In this document: piece by piece, positions 23,502-36,299 of the stretch | Numbering within the stretch: position 1 is the first letter of the stretch | How the letters are laid out: each line of letters opens with the position of its first letter | Source of the DNA: Azolla caroliniana | Taxonomy: Eukaryota; Plantae; Polypodiophyta | Direction of reading: 5' to 3' | Assembly (NCBI GenBank): GCA_043228905.1 | Contig: JBHGNT010000021.1 | Coordinates: 6,076,001 to 6,140,000 of the forward strand | DNA: 64,000 nt | Made by a program: the position numbers and the translations under genes | The notes under the pieces: model-generated | The model's input: only the letters and a program-made list of their open reading frames with translations | What the model was told of the DNA's origin: nothing | Databases searched by the model: none

Positions 23502-25820
23502 AAGTGTATAATAGCGAAGAAGACCTGTGCTATAAGTAGGGAATTTTGGTTCTCCGACAACGGAGGGTGTACGAGAGTCGACGTTGTTGGCCGGAAGAAG
23601 AGAAGGGCGGAGGAGCGACTTCGGGCATGTGGCGTCCTCAACCTCGGAGAAGAAATCAACGGAGCCATGGAGGCGGTCTCTTTCGTCGATACCTTGGGGG
23701 AGTTGCGGGAGGTAGTCGGAGGAGTCCTTAAAGAGGACCGGACAATTCCGGTATGTTCGGAAAAGATGTACGAAGTCATCGCGGACTTCAGTATAGGGTT
23801 AGAGTCGGATCGGACGGCCCGGGTGGACACGAGGTACAAGACTGTGGACCGGAAGGTGAGGCTAGTCGCGGCTCCCTTGCCGGAGGGCAGCGAGTTGCGA
23901 ATCAAGGGGGTTGCGTCGGACCCGAGTTTACAAAATCCGGCCTGCATAGGACACACGTTCACCGACATAACGCTGCGCGAGCTCAAAATCGGTGGGGGCG
24001 GCTTCCTACGGTTGGCGGAAGAGGACCGTTTTCGGGGAATCCTCGGAAGGCACGGGAAGGCTTTCGCATTGTCACCGGAGGAGATCGGGTGTGTAGACCC
24101 GACAGTTGTGAAACCGATGGTGATATTCACGGTACCGCATGTGCCGTGGAGTCTCAAACCGATTCCAGTACCCAAAGCTCACATCCCGAAGCTGATGGAG
24201 CTGTTAAAGCAGAAGGTCGAGATGGGAATCCTCAAACCATCGAGTGCCCCATACTCGAATCGGTGGTTTACCGTGCCGAAGAAGGACGGCACGATGCGCT
24301 TTATTCAAGACCTGCAGCCGGTCAACAAGGTGACCGTTCGAAATGCAGGAATCGAACCAACAATAGACGAGTTCGCGGAGGCCTTCGCCGGAAGGTCGAT
24401 TTATTCGGTCGGTGATCTCTACTCGGGGTACGATCAGTTCCAGCCTGCCGTAGAGAGCAGAGACATCACGACAATACGAACTCCTCTCGGCCTAGTACGG
24501 ATGTGTACCCTACCGCAAGGAGGGACGAACTCGGTGGCTCACATGGTGAACGCAATGAACAAAGTGTTGAGGGATTGTATCCCGGACATCACCATGCCGT
24601 TTTTGGACGACGTCCCAATCAAGGGATGCCCGGTGGAGGAAAGGGACGAGACGATCGGACCGGACGGATGCCAGAAATTCGTGCCGACGCACATCAATGC
24701 CTGCGAGAAGGTGCTGTAGAGGTTGGAGGGAGCAAGGCTTACCTTCTCCGTGGGGAAATCGGCCTTTGGGCAATCAGAGATCATGGTTGTCGGACACCTA
24801 TGCGGGCCGTACGGCCAGAAACCGTCTCCAGCTAAGGTAGAAGCCATCTCCGCGATGAAGAACGATTGTAGCTCGGTCACGGAGGTTCGGAGGTTCTTGG
24901 GAGCGTGCACGTTCTACCACATATGGATCCCGCATTACGCTCATGTCGCGGAGCCGTTATACGGGTTGCTGAAAAAGGGGCGAAAATTCGAGTGGAGAGA
25001 CGAGGATACAGAGTCTGTCCGGAAGATGAAGGAAGCACTTGTCGCGGCTCCGGCGCTCTGAAAGGTTGTCTACGGAAAGAGCACTCCAATTTACGTAACG
25101 GTAGACACGAGTCCGACCGGGATCGGATGGGTCGTCAACCAAGAGGACGAGGACGGCATGCGTTCCCCGATCCGGTTCGGCACGAAGGTCCTCAGCGAAC
25201 GACAGTGAGGATACGCCCAGGTTAAGCGCGAGCTCTGGGGTATCGTTTCGGCGGTAAAGGCCGATAAAGACTACCTGATCGGGACAGAGGTAATTATCGA
25301 GACGGACTGCCTGCCGATTCTTGGCATGGTTTCCGGATGCGTGACACCGGACCTGGCAATGCTCAGGTGGATAGCGTACATCAAGTCCCTAAATCCGGAA
25401 ATACGACACATTTCCGAGAAAGACAACGCCATGGCCGACATGCTTTCAAGGGCGAGGTTCGAAAACGACGGCGACATGGTTTCAGGGGACGAGGAAGTCG
25501 GCGTGGACTTCTTCGAGGCGGCTCATGTAACAACCGGCAGGGAATGCTCTCCAACGCTTAACGATTTCGACGAGAGCAAGTACGACGGGGAGTGGCTGCA
25601 GATCGGCGGGTTCCTGAGAACAATGACACTGGACGCAGCATGGACAACGGACGAGGCCAACCGGATTCGGAAGAAAGCCTACCGATTCTTTCTCCGGGAC
25701 GGATACATATGGAAGCACGCAAAGAAGAGGAACGGCAGCCCGCTCCGAGTGGTGGCGAAGAAGGAGGAACATGAGGATTTGTTGGCGGCGTACCACGATA
25801 GCCTGTGGGCTGGACACCGT

Positions 25821-26577
25821 TGTCGTACCTTTCGGCGCCGGATCGTTGCGTGAGTCGGGTGGGAACCACTGAGATTTTGGACTAGGAGAAAGAAGAATAT
25901 GAGATGAGGCTAGTAATGAATAGATTATTAGAAAGAGAGATAGAAACTTCGTGAATCCCACGAGTGTATTGTATTCGATTAATCAATATTTAGATAAGAA
26001 TATGTATTTAGATTGAAAGAAAGATATAAGAAACTTGTGAATCCCACAAGTATAGATTATATTATTTTCGTGAATCCCACGATTATATTAATCGGTTGGT
26101 GTTTTCGGAAATATATCCAATTTCCAAATATTTCACACACCTATTACATTGTGCTCCCCATCCTTATGTAGTGATGAGGGAGTCCATGCTTCTTTTTTTC
26201 TAACTATAGACTCCATGCTTTTCCTATAGATAGACTATATGCTTTATCTAAAGTGATCATGCTTTTTCTAACTTGTGCGTTTTTTATCAACTATAGCGTT
26301 CATGCACGCTAGATGTGCATGCGTAGCTTTTTCTTTTAACTAAAGTTTATCCCAGGTGAACTAAGCTTTCTATGCGGAACATCTATTTTTGAACACTAAT
26401 GAAATGCTAGTGTAATGGTAAGACATTACATTATTAACATGGAGGTGCAAGGTTCGAATCTTGCCCTATCCACGTGATAAATATTTTGATATATTATTTA
26501 TTTATTTATTTATATGTATCTAAAATCAGATATATTATTTTATGGTTTTCATGTAGTGTGTGGAATACACTACGACA
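25821..26577 (-). mobile_element. Solo LTR (TGTCGTA...TACGACA) with perfect 4-bp TSD CCGT
   Basis: Interrupts the integrase codons G-H-R-G. 7-bp terminal inverted repeat and three GTGAATCCCAC repeats. Orientation inferred from a CAGTGGTTCCCA motif resembling the 3' end of the gypsy LTRs. Confidence 0.88.
26403..26472 (+). other. tRNA-like Pol III promoter cassette (A box + B box) inside the solo LTR
   Basis: TAGTGTAATGG at 26408 and GGTTCGAATC at 26451, with tRNA-like spacing; GCAAG/CTTGC stem around the B box. Confidence 0.6.
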
Positions 26578-27768
26578 CCGTGGAACGTGGGCCACGTTTG
26601 AAAAGCTAAAGGGGAAGTACTGGTGGCCGGGACTATACCGGGACGTGCATCGGTTCGTGACGACTTGTGAAAGCTGTCAGGTGCACTCCATGATCCGACA
26701 TCGGGACGAGCTTCACCCGACCTACCCTCCGACCGTCCACTTCAAGTGGATGGTGGATTTGGTGACGATGCCAATGGGGGTAGGACAGATGCGGTATCTG
26801 GTGCTGGCTCGGGAAGATCTAACGAACCAGGTTGAAGGCCGAGCCCTGCAGAACAAGACGACGGCAGCCGTGTGCTGGTTTTTGATTAAGGACGTAGTAT
26901 GCCGATACGGGTGCGTAGGGAAGATCGTGGCTGACCGTGGTGAGTTGGACGCAGAAGAGGCCGAAGAGCTGTTCGACCGGCTAGGAGTCAAACTTTCGCT
27001 CACCACAGCGTACAATCCGGAGGCGAACGGGAAGGTGGAGCGCGGACACGGGCCTATTGTCAAAGCGCTAGTATGGGCGTGCGGAGGCCGAGTCGAGGAC
27101 TGGCCACGGCTGCTACCTTATGCCTTGTGGGCAGACCGGACTACGCACAGTTCAGTAACCGGGTTCATGCCGGCCGAGCTGATGTTCCGACAAAAGTCGA
27201 TCATGCCAACAGAGCGAACGATCTCCTCGTGGGCCACGCTGGACTGGAGGGATGAGATGAGCCGGGAGGAACTGTTGGCGGCGCGGATTTGACAACTCGA
27301 GCGGAGGCCGGAGGACGTAGAGCGAGCCGCGGAGAAACATCGAGTAGCGAGGATAAGGAACAAAGCCCGGTTCGACCGAACACACCAGTTCAGGTCAAGG
27401 AAGATCGAGGAAGGCGACTAGGTGCTAGTCTACGACAGCAGCCTCGACAATCAGCACAGGGCCACGAGGAAGTTTGCGAGGAGGTGGTTCGGGCCTTACG
27501 TAGTAACAGGCGCCAACGGCAATGGGACGTACCATCTCGCGGAGCTCGACGGTACGAGAATGGCGATACCGGTAGCGGGGAAGAGGATCAAAGCGTTCAA
27601 GAAACGGCACAACGGGGAGCCGGAGCTAGGGGGCATGGACAGCGACGACGAGCAGCCCGAGGCGGAGGACGAACCCGTAAACGAGGAATAAAAGCAAGGA
27701 TCAGTTTTCTCCCATAGGAACCCAATTTTGGCGCATACCGGTGGATGCGCGGTTAGGTGGGGGGCGGA

Positions 27769-28356
27769 TGTCGTGAAGAAAACCGTCCCCAGGTGCAAAC
27801 CGTGTATAGTGTGTGTGAACCGGCCCTTACACGTGGGCACGTCCCTTGTCGTATAGTAGATAGGTAGGCACAAAGGTTAAATCCTAGGTAGCAATATTCT
27901 GTAAGGGAAATCGAGGAGTATCTCTGTCCGAAAGGACAAAGAATTAATGTGATGTAAACGGGTGAAACAGCCTCCCTCCTTGAGCTATAAAAGAGAGGGA
28001 GATGGGGGAGAGAAAAGGGGGGGCTAGAAGGAACGAAGTGCTGTCGGACTGGGACCGAGCTCTTCTTCTCTGTCGTTCCCCATAGCTTTCTTTTGCGCAG
28101 GCTCGCAGGAGGTTGAATCTGCTCCGTGGAACGCCCGTGTGTTTCCGGTAGAATCTCCATCTTGCTCTCCTGTGTGCGTGGGTGATCAGGCATCGGCATC
28201 CACCTCGCCGACCTGGTCGGCTGTAACCGTTTGAGTCGTCTACATACATACAAATACATGCCTATATTTACATACACACTCTAGTGTTCTCAACTCGCGT
28301 CTCCTGTGTTGTTGTGACGCGTCCCCGTGCGCTTCTTTGTCTATACGTGAGTGAGC

Positions 28357-28401
<45 letters not shown>

Positions 28402-28498
28402 TCCCTCTCTCTCTCTCTCTCTTTTCCTCACCTATTCCTCGGTCCAAGACCCCAGTGGTCCCGCCTTGTTCTCCACGCACGCGCGTAACAACGCGACA
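27769..28498 (+). repeat. 3' LTR (gypsy)
   Basis: Matches 15393-16012 plus ~21190-21275. Confidence 0.95.
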
Positions 28499-30520
28499 CC
28501 GAAAGACGCCGACTATGCAACATGGGAGCAAGCGGCAAGCCGAGTGATGTATTGCTTGGCGACATGTGTTCACAACCACATGCTCAGGTACATTCTAGAA
28601 GCCAAGACGCCGAAGGAAGCATGGGAGAACCGACGAAAGATTTTCGCCACCAACACTACCGCGAGAAAGCTTCAACTCCGCCAAGAGTTGAATAATATCC
28701 AACAAAGGGATATGTCCATCACAAGCTACACCTTGAAGATCAAGAAACTTTGTGATTCGCTCGGCTCGATAAGCGTAAACGTGGAGGATGACGAGATGGT
28801 GCAAATATGCCTCGGCGGCCTTGCGGACCACCGTACTAGCACAGGAGAATCTGCCCTCCTTCTTCGATCTTCAATCCATGTTGTTGGTTGAAGAGAATCA
28901 TGTTCGAACAAGGAACAATGCCTCGGAAGGCCAAATGCTCTACATGCATTCAGACGAGGCGGACAAGGCCCGATTTACGAAAACAACTCGCAATTTCGGC
29001 ATCAAGATGGAAGCCATCGAGGAACCTTTGGAAGAAGGGGGAGCTTCCATTCCTAACCGAACCGACAAAGCTCGGTTGAATGCGGATATTGCGGAAAAAT
29101 CGATCACCACGAAGAAGAATGTCGTAAGAAGATACGCGAGTCAGCTTCCACTAGCCGACAACTCACCAACTACGCCATCAACTCCGACTATGATGATCGC
29201 AGTGGAATGTTCGTGATGAGACATAGAGCGAATTCTATGTCGGCCTCTACTTCTCTTAGTGCCTTTGGTCCGGAAGACGTATGGTTCGTCGATTCCGGTG
29301 CCTCGAACCATATGACGTCACATCAAGAATGGTTGAGAGAACTTCGAGAGCCGGACCAACCCGGTTATGTCGAAACCGGAGACGACACTACGCACCCGAT
29401 TCGGCACATCGGCAATGTTCCGTTCAGAGAAGAAGGTAAGCAAACTTATATTAAAAATGTCTTGCATGTACCAACTATCACGAAGAATTTGGTCTCCGTC
29501 GGCCAAATTGTAGAGCAAGGAATGCAAGTACGATTTAATCAAGGCGGTTGCTTCATCGAAAAAGAGGGCCGACTCATCGCTCGCGGACGAAGAGAGGTCC
29601 GAATGTTCATTCTCGACTCACACGAGATGAAATCAGCCATGTTCGTGAAGGGCGTGAAAGCCGATTCCGACATAGAGTTATGGCACAAGCGGATTGGCCA
29701 TATAAATCTCCAAAAGCTCAAGGCAATGCAATCGAAAGGAGTCATCATCGGGCTCCCGACATTCACGGAGAAAGAGATTGAAGGCGTGTGTGCCGCTTGC
29801 CAAATCGGCAAGCAACATCGGCACCCATTTCCGAAGGAGCGGAATGTGAGCAAAGGCGTACTCGACGTAATTCATTCTGATGTATGGGGTCCAGCTCAGA
29901 TGGCAACATTCGGCGGAAGCCGATTCTATGTGACCTTCATCAATGACTTCTCTAGGCACACTTGGATCTACCTGATGTGGCAAAAGAGCGAAGTGTTCGG
30001 ACACTTCCAAAAATTCAAGAATGAAGTCGAGAAAGCCACGGGCCGACATGTATGATGTCTTCGGTCAAATGGAGGCAAGGAGTACTTCTCCAACGAATTT
30101 TCGGTGTTTCTACGGAAAGAAGGAATACGGCGAGAGTTTTCATGTCGACATACGCCGCAACAAAACGAAGTGGCCGAACGCAAGAATCGGCACATCCTCG
30201 AAGTGGCACAGGCTATGCTTAACGAAAAGCACATGCCGAAATCGTATTGAGCGGAAGCAGCTAACAAGGCCGTCTATCTCATGAATCGGTGTACGACATC
30301 GGGTGTGCACGAACTTACTCCGCACGAGAAGTTCTTCAGAAAGATGTCGGACCTATCGCATGTTCGGATATTCGGCTCCATTGCGTACGTGCACATCTCC
30401 GACGAGAAGCGTCAAAAGATTGACCCGAAATCGGAGAAATGTATCCTTGGAGCAAAAGGGGTACAAGTGCAACAACCCCTCAACTCGAAAATCTTGAGTA
30501 AGTCAAGACGTCATTTTTGA
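28499..30520 (+). pseudogene. Copia gag-PR-integrase remnant
   Basis: ARKLQLRQEL, WFVDSGASNHM, LWHKRIGH, HSDVWGP, DPKSEKCI. Confidence 0.9.
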
Positions 30521-30888
30521 CGAGTCTGCATCCTGGTATGCACCAGAGACAACTTCGACTCTGATCCCGCTCGACCCGGAATACGCCGAACAAGAGATAG
30601 AGGATGAAGATCGCCTTACGCGCATGTTCGAAGAAAGTCCGATCACGACCCGACTGAGCAGACCACAAGAGCCTTTGAGCGATCAAAGCACACCTCGACC
30701 AAGTCCAAAGTTAGACAAAGGGAAGGCCAAATGCCAGAGTATGAAGACACTCATTTCGATGGCAACGAATCAGATATCGACTGAACCGGGTACGAGCCGA
30801 AACGGACAACGAAGATCGTCTGAACCAGATACCAGTCGAAGCAGACATCAACCGAAAGGAGCCGACCCGAGTTGAGCTTGAGGGGGCG

Positions 30889-31355
30889 TGTTGAGAATCA
30901 AGCTCAACATAGAGCAACGTGTGAACACACCTTTTGAGAATCTATGATTACTCAAAAGTCAAGAGTCACACCACCACTCTCTACACATTAACTATGTGTC
31001 ATAGAATCATATTCTATGACACATAACTAATGGTTCCACATTCCCCATGACCGTAAGACTTCACATTCCTCAAGGCTCTAGTGAGAGAGTGAACGTTGTA
31101 GTGAGTAAATGAAGAGAGAGGGTGGCTCTATATAAAGCACCCTCCTCCTACTCCATATTAAGTCTAGTGTGACTCCTTGTAACACTATCTTGTGTCTCAT
31201 ATTCTACTTGTTAATATACATCTCCTTCTTCTTCTTGAGTACTTCATATTGTCTCTTATCTATCTTGTGTTTCTCTCCTCTCCTCTCTTCTCTCACACAT
31301 GCACACATAACTCACATCTCTTCCGCTTCACAAGAATCATATCTGATTCTTTACA
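30889..31355 (+). repeat. 3' LTR (copia)
   Basis: Direct repeat of 14615-15073. Confidence 0.95.
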
Positions 31356-34300
31356 CATATAGTGTTCAAGATTTTGGTTATGGTAAAAACCAGCAACGTG
31401 GTAGAAGCCATACTAGAAATAGTCATGGAAATCATGACAAGAGCAGAAGTAAGTCTAGGAAGAGACTTGTGGAGTGCTATTATTGCCACAAGAAGGGTCA
31501 TATCAAGAAAGATTGTTATGCCTTGAAGAACAAAGAAAAGGAAAAGGGCAAAACTCATGATGATAGGCATGTTAAACAATTGACTGGTTCATCATCTTCG
31601 CTGACAATAGAGGAAATAAATGTTGCATGCGATGATGGTGTTGACATCTTGGTCATGGATGATGATGCTACCTATATTGAGGCTAATATTTCTCATGCGC
31701 TTGCTCATACATGGTTGTTGGACTCTGGTGCTTCATTCCATGTGACTCCACATAGAGAGTGGTTCACACGATACGAAGCTAAACCACTTGGTACAGTACG
31801 ACTTGGTTATTCACATCAGTGTGATGTGATTGGCATCGGAGATGTCATGGTACAATTTTTTGATGGCGCTCAGTTTACCGTACAAAATGTACGCCATGTG
31901 CCTGAGCTAACTCGTAGCTTATTGTCTGTTGGAAAGCTTGATAACATTGGTTTTAAAGTGATTTTTGATGCCCAATCCTTTCGTATTATGAAAGGAAATA
32001 TGGTTATTTCCAAAGGGAACAAAGTTGGTTCACTCTATCCTTTAGATGTCCATCAAAAGGAGTATCTTTTGATAGTCACAGAACAGCTTATGACTTGTAT
32101 TTGGCATGACCGTTTAGGTCACATGTCTTGTACTGGAATGGAAACATTATCACGTTTTGGCTATTTACCTGTGTTATCATTTTCAAATTTTTCAGTTTGT
32201 GGGCATTGTCAATATGGTAAACAAACTAGAAGTGTGCATCAGAATATTAATTCTGATTCGTCTACTCAACCCTTGGATCTAGTTCATACATATGTATGCG
32301 GCCCTATGCCTACCAGATCATTGGGTGGAGCTTTGTACTTTGTTACATTTATTGATGATGCCACAAGAAAGGTTTGGGTGTATCCCATAAAACAAAAGGA
32401 CGATGTATACTCTACTTTCAGAAAATAGCTTGCCTTGGTTGAGACTGAAAAAGGAATAAAGCTTAAGACTTTACATTCTGATAATGGAGGTGAGTATACC
32501 TCTCATGAGTTCAAAGATTTTTGTGAGTCTAGAGGCATACGTAGAGAGTTTACTGCCCCTTACACTCCGGTACAAAATGGTGTGGCAGAAAGGATGAATA
32601 GAACCATCCAAGACAGAGTTGTTTCTATGTTGCATCATGCAAATCTGCCACCAGGTTTTTGGGTGTTCGGACAACAGTCAAAGGTTGTCAAAGACTTGAA
32701 AGTGGCACAAGAGTTGTGGACAAGAAAAACCCCAAACTATGATCATCTTAGGGTATTTGGATGTGAAGCGTATGTTCATGTTCCAAACAATTAAGGAAAA
32801 AACGAGATTTTAAAAGCAAGAAATGTATTTTCCTTGGCTATGGCGTAGATGGTCAATTTGGATATCATTTGTGGGATCCTGAAACATGCACTATAGTTAG
32901 AAGTAGTGATGTCGTTTTCAATGAAAAGATTATGCATAAGCAGCCAATTAAGGAAGTGGAAGTGAGGAAAGTGGCATTTCAAGATGTTACACCCTCTATT
33001 AGTGTGCAAAAGGATAACCCCACACCTATGCTAAACAATCCTGTAAATGTTCACCCATATGAGGATGTTCAAAATGAGGATGCATGTGTACAAGCTGAAA
33101 ACAATCCAACTCCGGTTCAGCAACCAGTGAGACAATTTACTCGTGTCTCCAGGCCACCTACTAAACTTATGGACTATGTGATGTTAACGGATGTTGGTGA
33201 ACCATCTTGTTATAAGGAAGCTATTTTGGCCAATGATCATGCTAAGTGGGAGCGAGCCATGCAAAGTGAATTGGATAGTATTCATAATAATGATACTTGG
33301 GATTTAGTACCTTTGCCAAAGGACAGGAAAGCATTGACATGCAAGTGGGTATACAAGCACAAGTATACATCTGATAGTGTTTCCCCAAAGTATAAAGCAT
33401 GCTTGGTAGCCAAAGGTTTCAAGCAAGAACATGGAATTGATTTTGATGAAACCTTCTCTCATGTAGTTAAGATCACTACATTACGTATGTTGCTTTCATT
33501 GGCTGCAAATCAGAATTTGGAATTAGTCCAAATGGATGTGAAGACTGCCTTTTTACATGGGGACCTTGATGGGGACATCTATATGGAACAACCAGAAGCT
33601 CATGAAGTCTCGGGAAAAGAACATTTGGTTTGTAGACTCAAGAAGAGTTTGTATGGGCTTAAACAGTCCCCTAGATTGTGGTACCAGAAGTTTGATGCTT
33701 TTATGAAGACTCAAGGATATACTAGAAGCAGTGAGGATGCATGTCTTTATACGAAAACATGTTCAGATGGGAGTTTTATCACATTGATACTATATGTTGA
33801 TGACATGCTTATTGTTGGTAAAAACAAGGATGAGTTATCGTTGTTAAAGAAAAACTTGGGCCAGAATTTTGACATGAAGGATTTGGGAGATGCAAAACAT
33901 ATTATTGGTATGCGTATTACTCGTGATAGGAGTAAGCGATGCATTTACTTGTCTCAGGCTGAGTACATATCGAAAGTGCTCAAGAGATTTAATCTGGAGA
34001 ATGCAAAGCCATTGAGCACTCCATTGCCTACATATGTAAAACTGAGCACATGTGATTGCCCCACATTTTATGAGGACAAGGAATTCATGTCCAAGGTTCC
34101 TTATCAATCCGCAGTTCGGAGTCTTATGTACGCCATGGTGGCCATTAGACCAGCCATTGCATTTGTAGTGGGAGCCGTAAGTGGATTCATGTCAAATCCT
34201 GGTAAGAAACACTGGGATTCAATCAAGTTGATACTGAGATATCTGAGTGGCACTAAGGATAAGTGCCTTTGTTTAGGCAAAGGGGATGCCTCTATCATTG

Positions 34301-34740
34301 GATACATAGATTCAAATTATGCCGGATGCGCTGACAGTAGGAAATCCACTTCAAGGTACATCTTTTAGATTATGGGAGGTGTTATTGCTTGGAGATCTCA
34401 TCTTCAAGATTGTGTCGCATTGTCAACAATAGAGGTTGAGTATGTTGCAGCCAGTGAGGCGTGTAAGGAAGCAGTTTGGTTGTCTCAATTAGCTAGTGGT
34501 ATGGGTATACCGCAACATGTACCCAAACTGTTTTGTGACAGTCAGAGTGCCATTGATTTGGCTAAGAATCCGGTATATCATGCGAACACCAAACATATTG
34601 GAGTGTGATACCAATGCATAGCTAATGGTTGTATAAGCCTTGAGAAGGTTGTTTCTCGCAAAAATGATGCAGATGCATTGACTAAGGCCTTACCATAAGA
34701 TGCGTTGGAGCATTGTTGTTACTTGATGGGAATTACTTAG
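31356..34740 (+). pseudogene. pol: Copia gag-pol of the outer element (knuckle, PR, IN, RT, RH), disrupted
   Basis: ORFs to 32428, then 32435-32794, 32869-34368 and 34372-34608. Confidence 0.92.
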
Positions 34741-34869
34741 TGCCTTATGTTACACACTTGTCATGTACATTGTGTAACATGCCCATCATGTGGGAGGTAT
34801 AGGTCTAGGTCTTGTACAGGTCAACCTTTCATTATTTGTACTCCTAGTTTAGGCCTTTTAGTGGGAGAT

Positions 34870-35148
34870 TGTTATACATGTACCCCCGATACATGCTAAG
34901 TGTGAAAAGGCCAAAACTGGTCTTCCACTTAGTAGTGTGGGGAGAGAGAGAGAGAGAGAAAGACAGAGAGTGTGTGAGTGTGAGTGAGTGAGTGAGTGAG
35001 TGAGTGAGTGTCTACTTCCTCTCTATGGCTTTTTCCCCCTTTTCTTAGTTGCAGAGATTCACTACCTCTTCATCTCTGTTGTAACCTCCACCTTGCAGTA
35101 TCTATTGAACCCCTTTGTTGCTTGCCTCCTATTCCTCTCGTGCATACA
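34870..35148 (+). repeat. Probable 3' LTR of the outer copia, with (GA)n and (GAGT)n tracts
   Basis: TGTTATACA follows the purine tract; no partner LTR in the window, so the right end is uncertain. Confidence 0.5.
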
Positions 35149-36299
35149 ACTAAGAAGGAGCACCACTCCTTCATCCTTTACTATCCGTGTATTACGATCA
35201 AGAGCAAAATAGAAAATTTTCGCTCCATCGATTGACAACAGCACCATCAAAAAAAACTCCAGAAACATGTTGGATGTTCTAAAGAAAAGAAAAACAACAA
35301 GAAAATGTTACATTTCATGGAAGAAATGAGCCGTTTCCACAAGAACCGATCCATTTCCACAAGAAATTTATCTGTTTCCCGTAAGAAACGATCCATTTCC
35401 GGCAAGAAATGATCTATTTCTTGTTGGTCTTACCTCTGATGCGACATCGAACCTTTGAGATGTCGCCAACAGCTGAAGTAACAAGATTCAAAGCAATAGT
35501 TCAGGTTACCCGTCGTTGCTCCCGTCTCTCTTGACCCTCATTTGACCACGAATGCGAGTTACCATAGTTCAATTATTGAAACATTCTCGAATGCGAGAAT
35601 GTGAATGCACGTATGGTTCATACTATGATATTATTACTCCACAACTATGGGCTTCTTTCTAACACATCCACACCTAAGGCTCGTCTCTATCCGCTACCAA
35701 ATCAAAAATAGGGTTGGCGAGGGAATCACGGCCACTGACGGTGCAGGTCACGCAGCCAATGCCACATGCGATCTGCACCATCCGGTTTGGAATAAGAAAG
35801 AATGTGCGAAAAAAAAAGATGTTAGAGGTCGCCCAACTCTAAGTCCTCGCTCGCCCAACCACATTTGGTCGCCCAACTCTGACCGTTGCAGGTCGCCCAA
35901 CCAAATGTATCATTTCCACCAAAATCTTCTAATAAGTCTAAACTTGAAACTTAAAATCACAAATCAAACAACCACAAACTTAAACATTAAAACTTCCAAA
36001 ATCGACGAACTTCACCATACTTAAAACTTAGTCTTAACAACAAAAAATCATCTTAAAACATAAAGACATAAAAGTTCAAAAAATACACACACCAAATTTC
36101 AACTTTAAACAAAAAACTTAAAATATACTGGAAACATAAAATTTAAAACATAAATCAACTTAAAATGTACTTGAAACATAAAACTTAAAACATACTTTAA
36201 ACATAAATCAACTTAAAACATACTTGATTCGTAAACTCAATTACAATGGTCCGCAAAACCAAACAAATTCGGTCATTTGAAATTGACTAAATTAAAGTT

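Larger units (their letters stand above)
23442..27691 (+). pseudogene. pol: Gypsy pol (RT, RNase H, integrase), with stops, interrupted by a solo LTR
   Basis: DLYSGYDQF, LPQG, FLDDVPIKG, VDTSPTGIG, GH..TF..L..KYWW, CESCQ, VADRGE, NGKVERGH, WFGPY; no chromodomain seen. Confidence 0.92.
15393..28498 (+). mobile_element. Full-length Ty3/gypsy non-chromovirus element (tRNA-Trp PBS, 4-bp TSD), degenerate, with two nested insertions
   Basis: LTRs 15393-21275 (split by a LINE) and 27769-28498; PBS TGGTGAACCCGACGTGAA 21280-21297; PPT GGTTAGGTGGGGGGCGGA; order gag-PR-RT-RH-IN; flanks CCGG/CCGA. Confidence 0.95.
14615..31355 (+). mobile_element. Ty1/copia element with both LTRs, lacking RT/RNase H, interrupted in gag by a gypsy element
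   Basis: Near-identical LTRs 14615-15073 and 30889-31355; PBS 15074-15085; TSD CACAT/CATAT. Gag from ~15245 continues at 28499; PR/IN 29207-30520; PPT GAGCTTGAGGGGGCG. Confidence 0.93.
14180..35148 (+). mobile_element. Outer Ty1/copia element (5'-truncated, degenerate), split in gag by the nested copia 14615-31355
   Basis: Gag fragment 14190-14614 (LLCTLPSSWDTF) resumes at 31356 with CYYCHKKGHIKKDC, WLLDSGAS, IN, RT (QMDVKTAFL, LYVDDM) and RH. PPT-like AGTGGGAGAT then an LTR from 34870. Right end approximate. Confidence 0.82.

Noticed and set aside
26403-26472. Functional tRNA gene (also 40418-40488)
   Set aside because: No convincing anticodon arm or full cloverleaf; reported only as tRNA-like cassettes.
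31169-31355. Hydrophobic N-terminus of the 419-aa ORF as a signal or envelope domain
   Set aside because: It is read from the CT-rich 3' LTR of the nested element and is fused in frame by chance; the same applies to the starts of ORFs 26474 and 52788.
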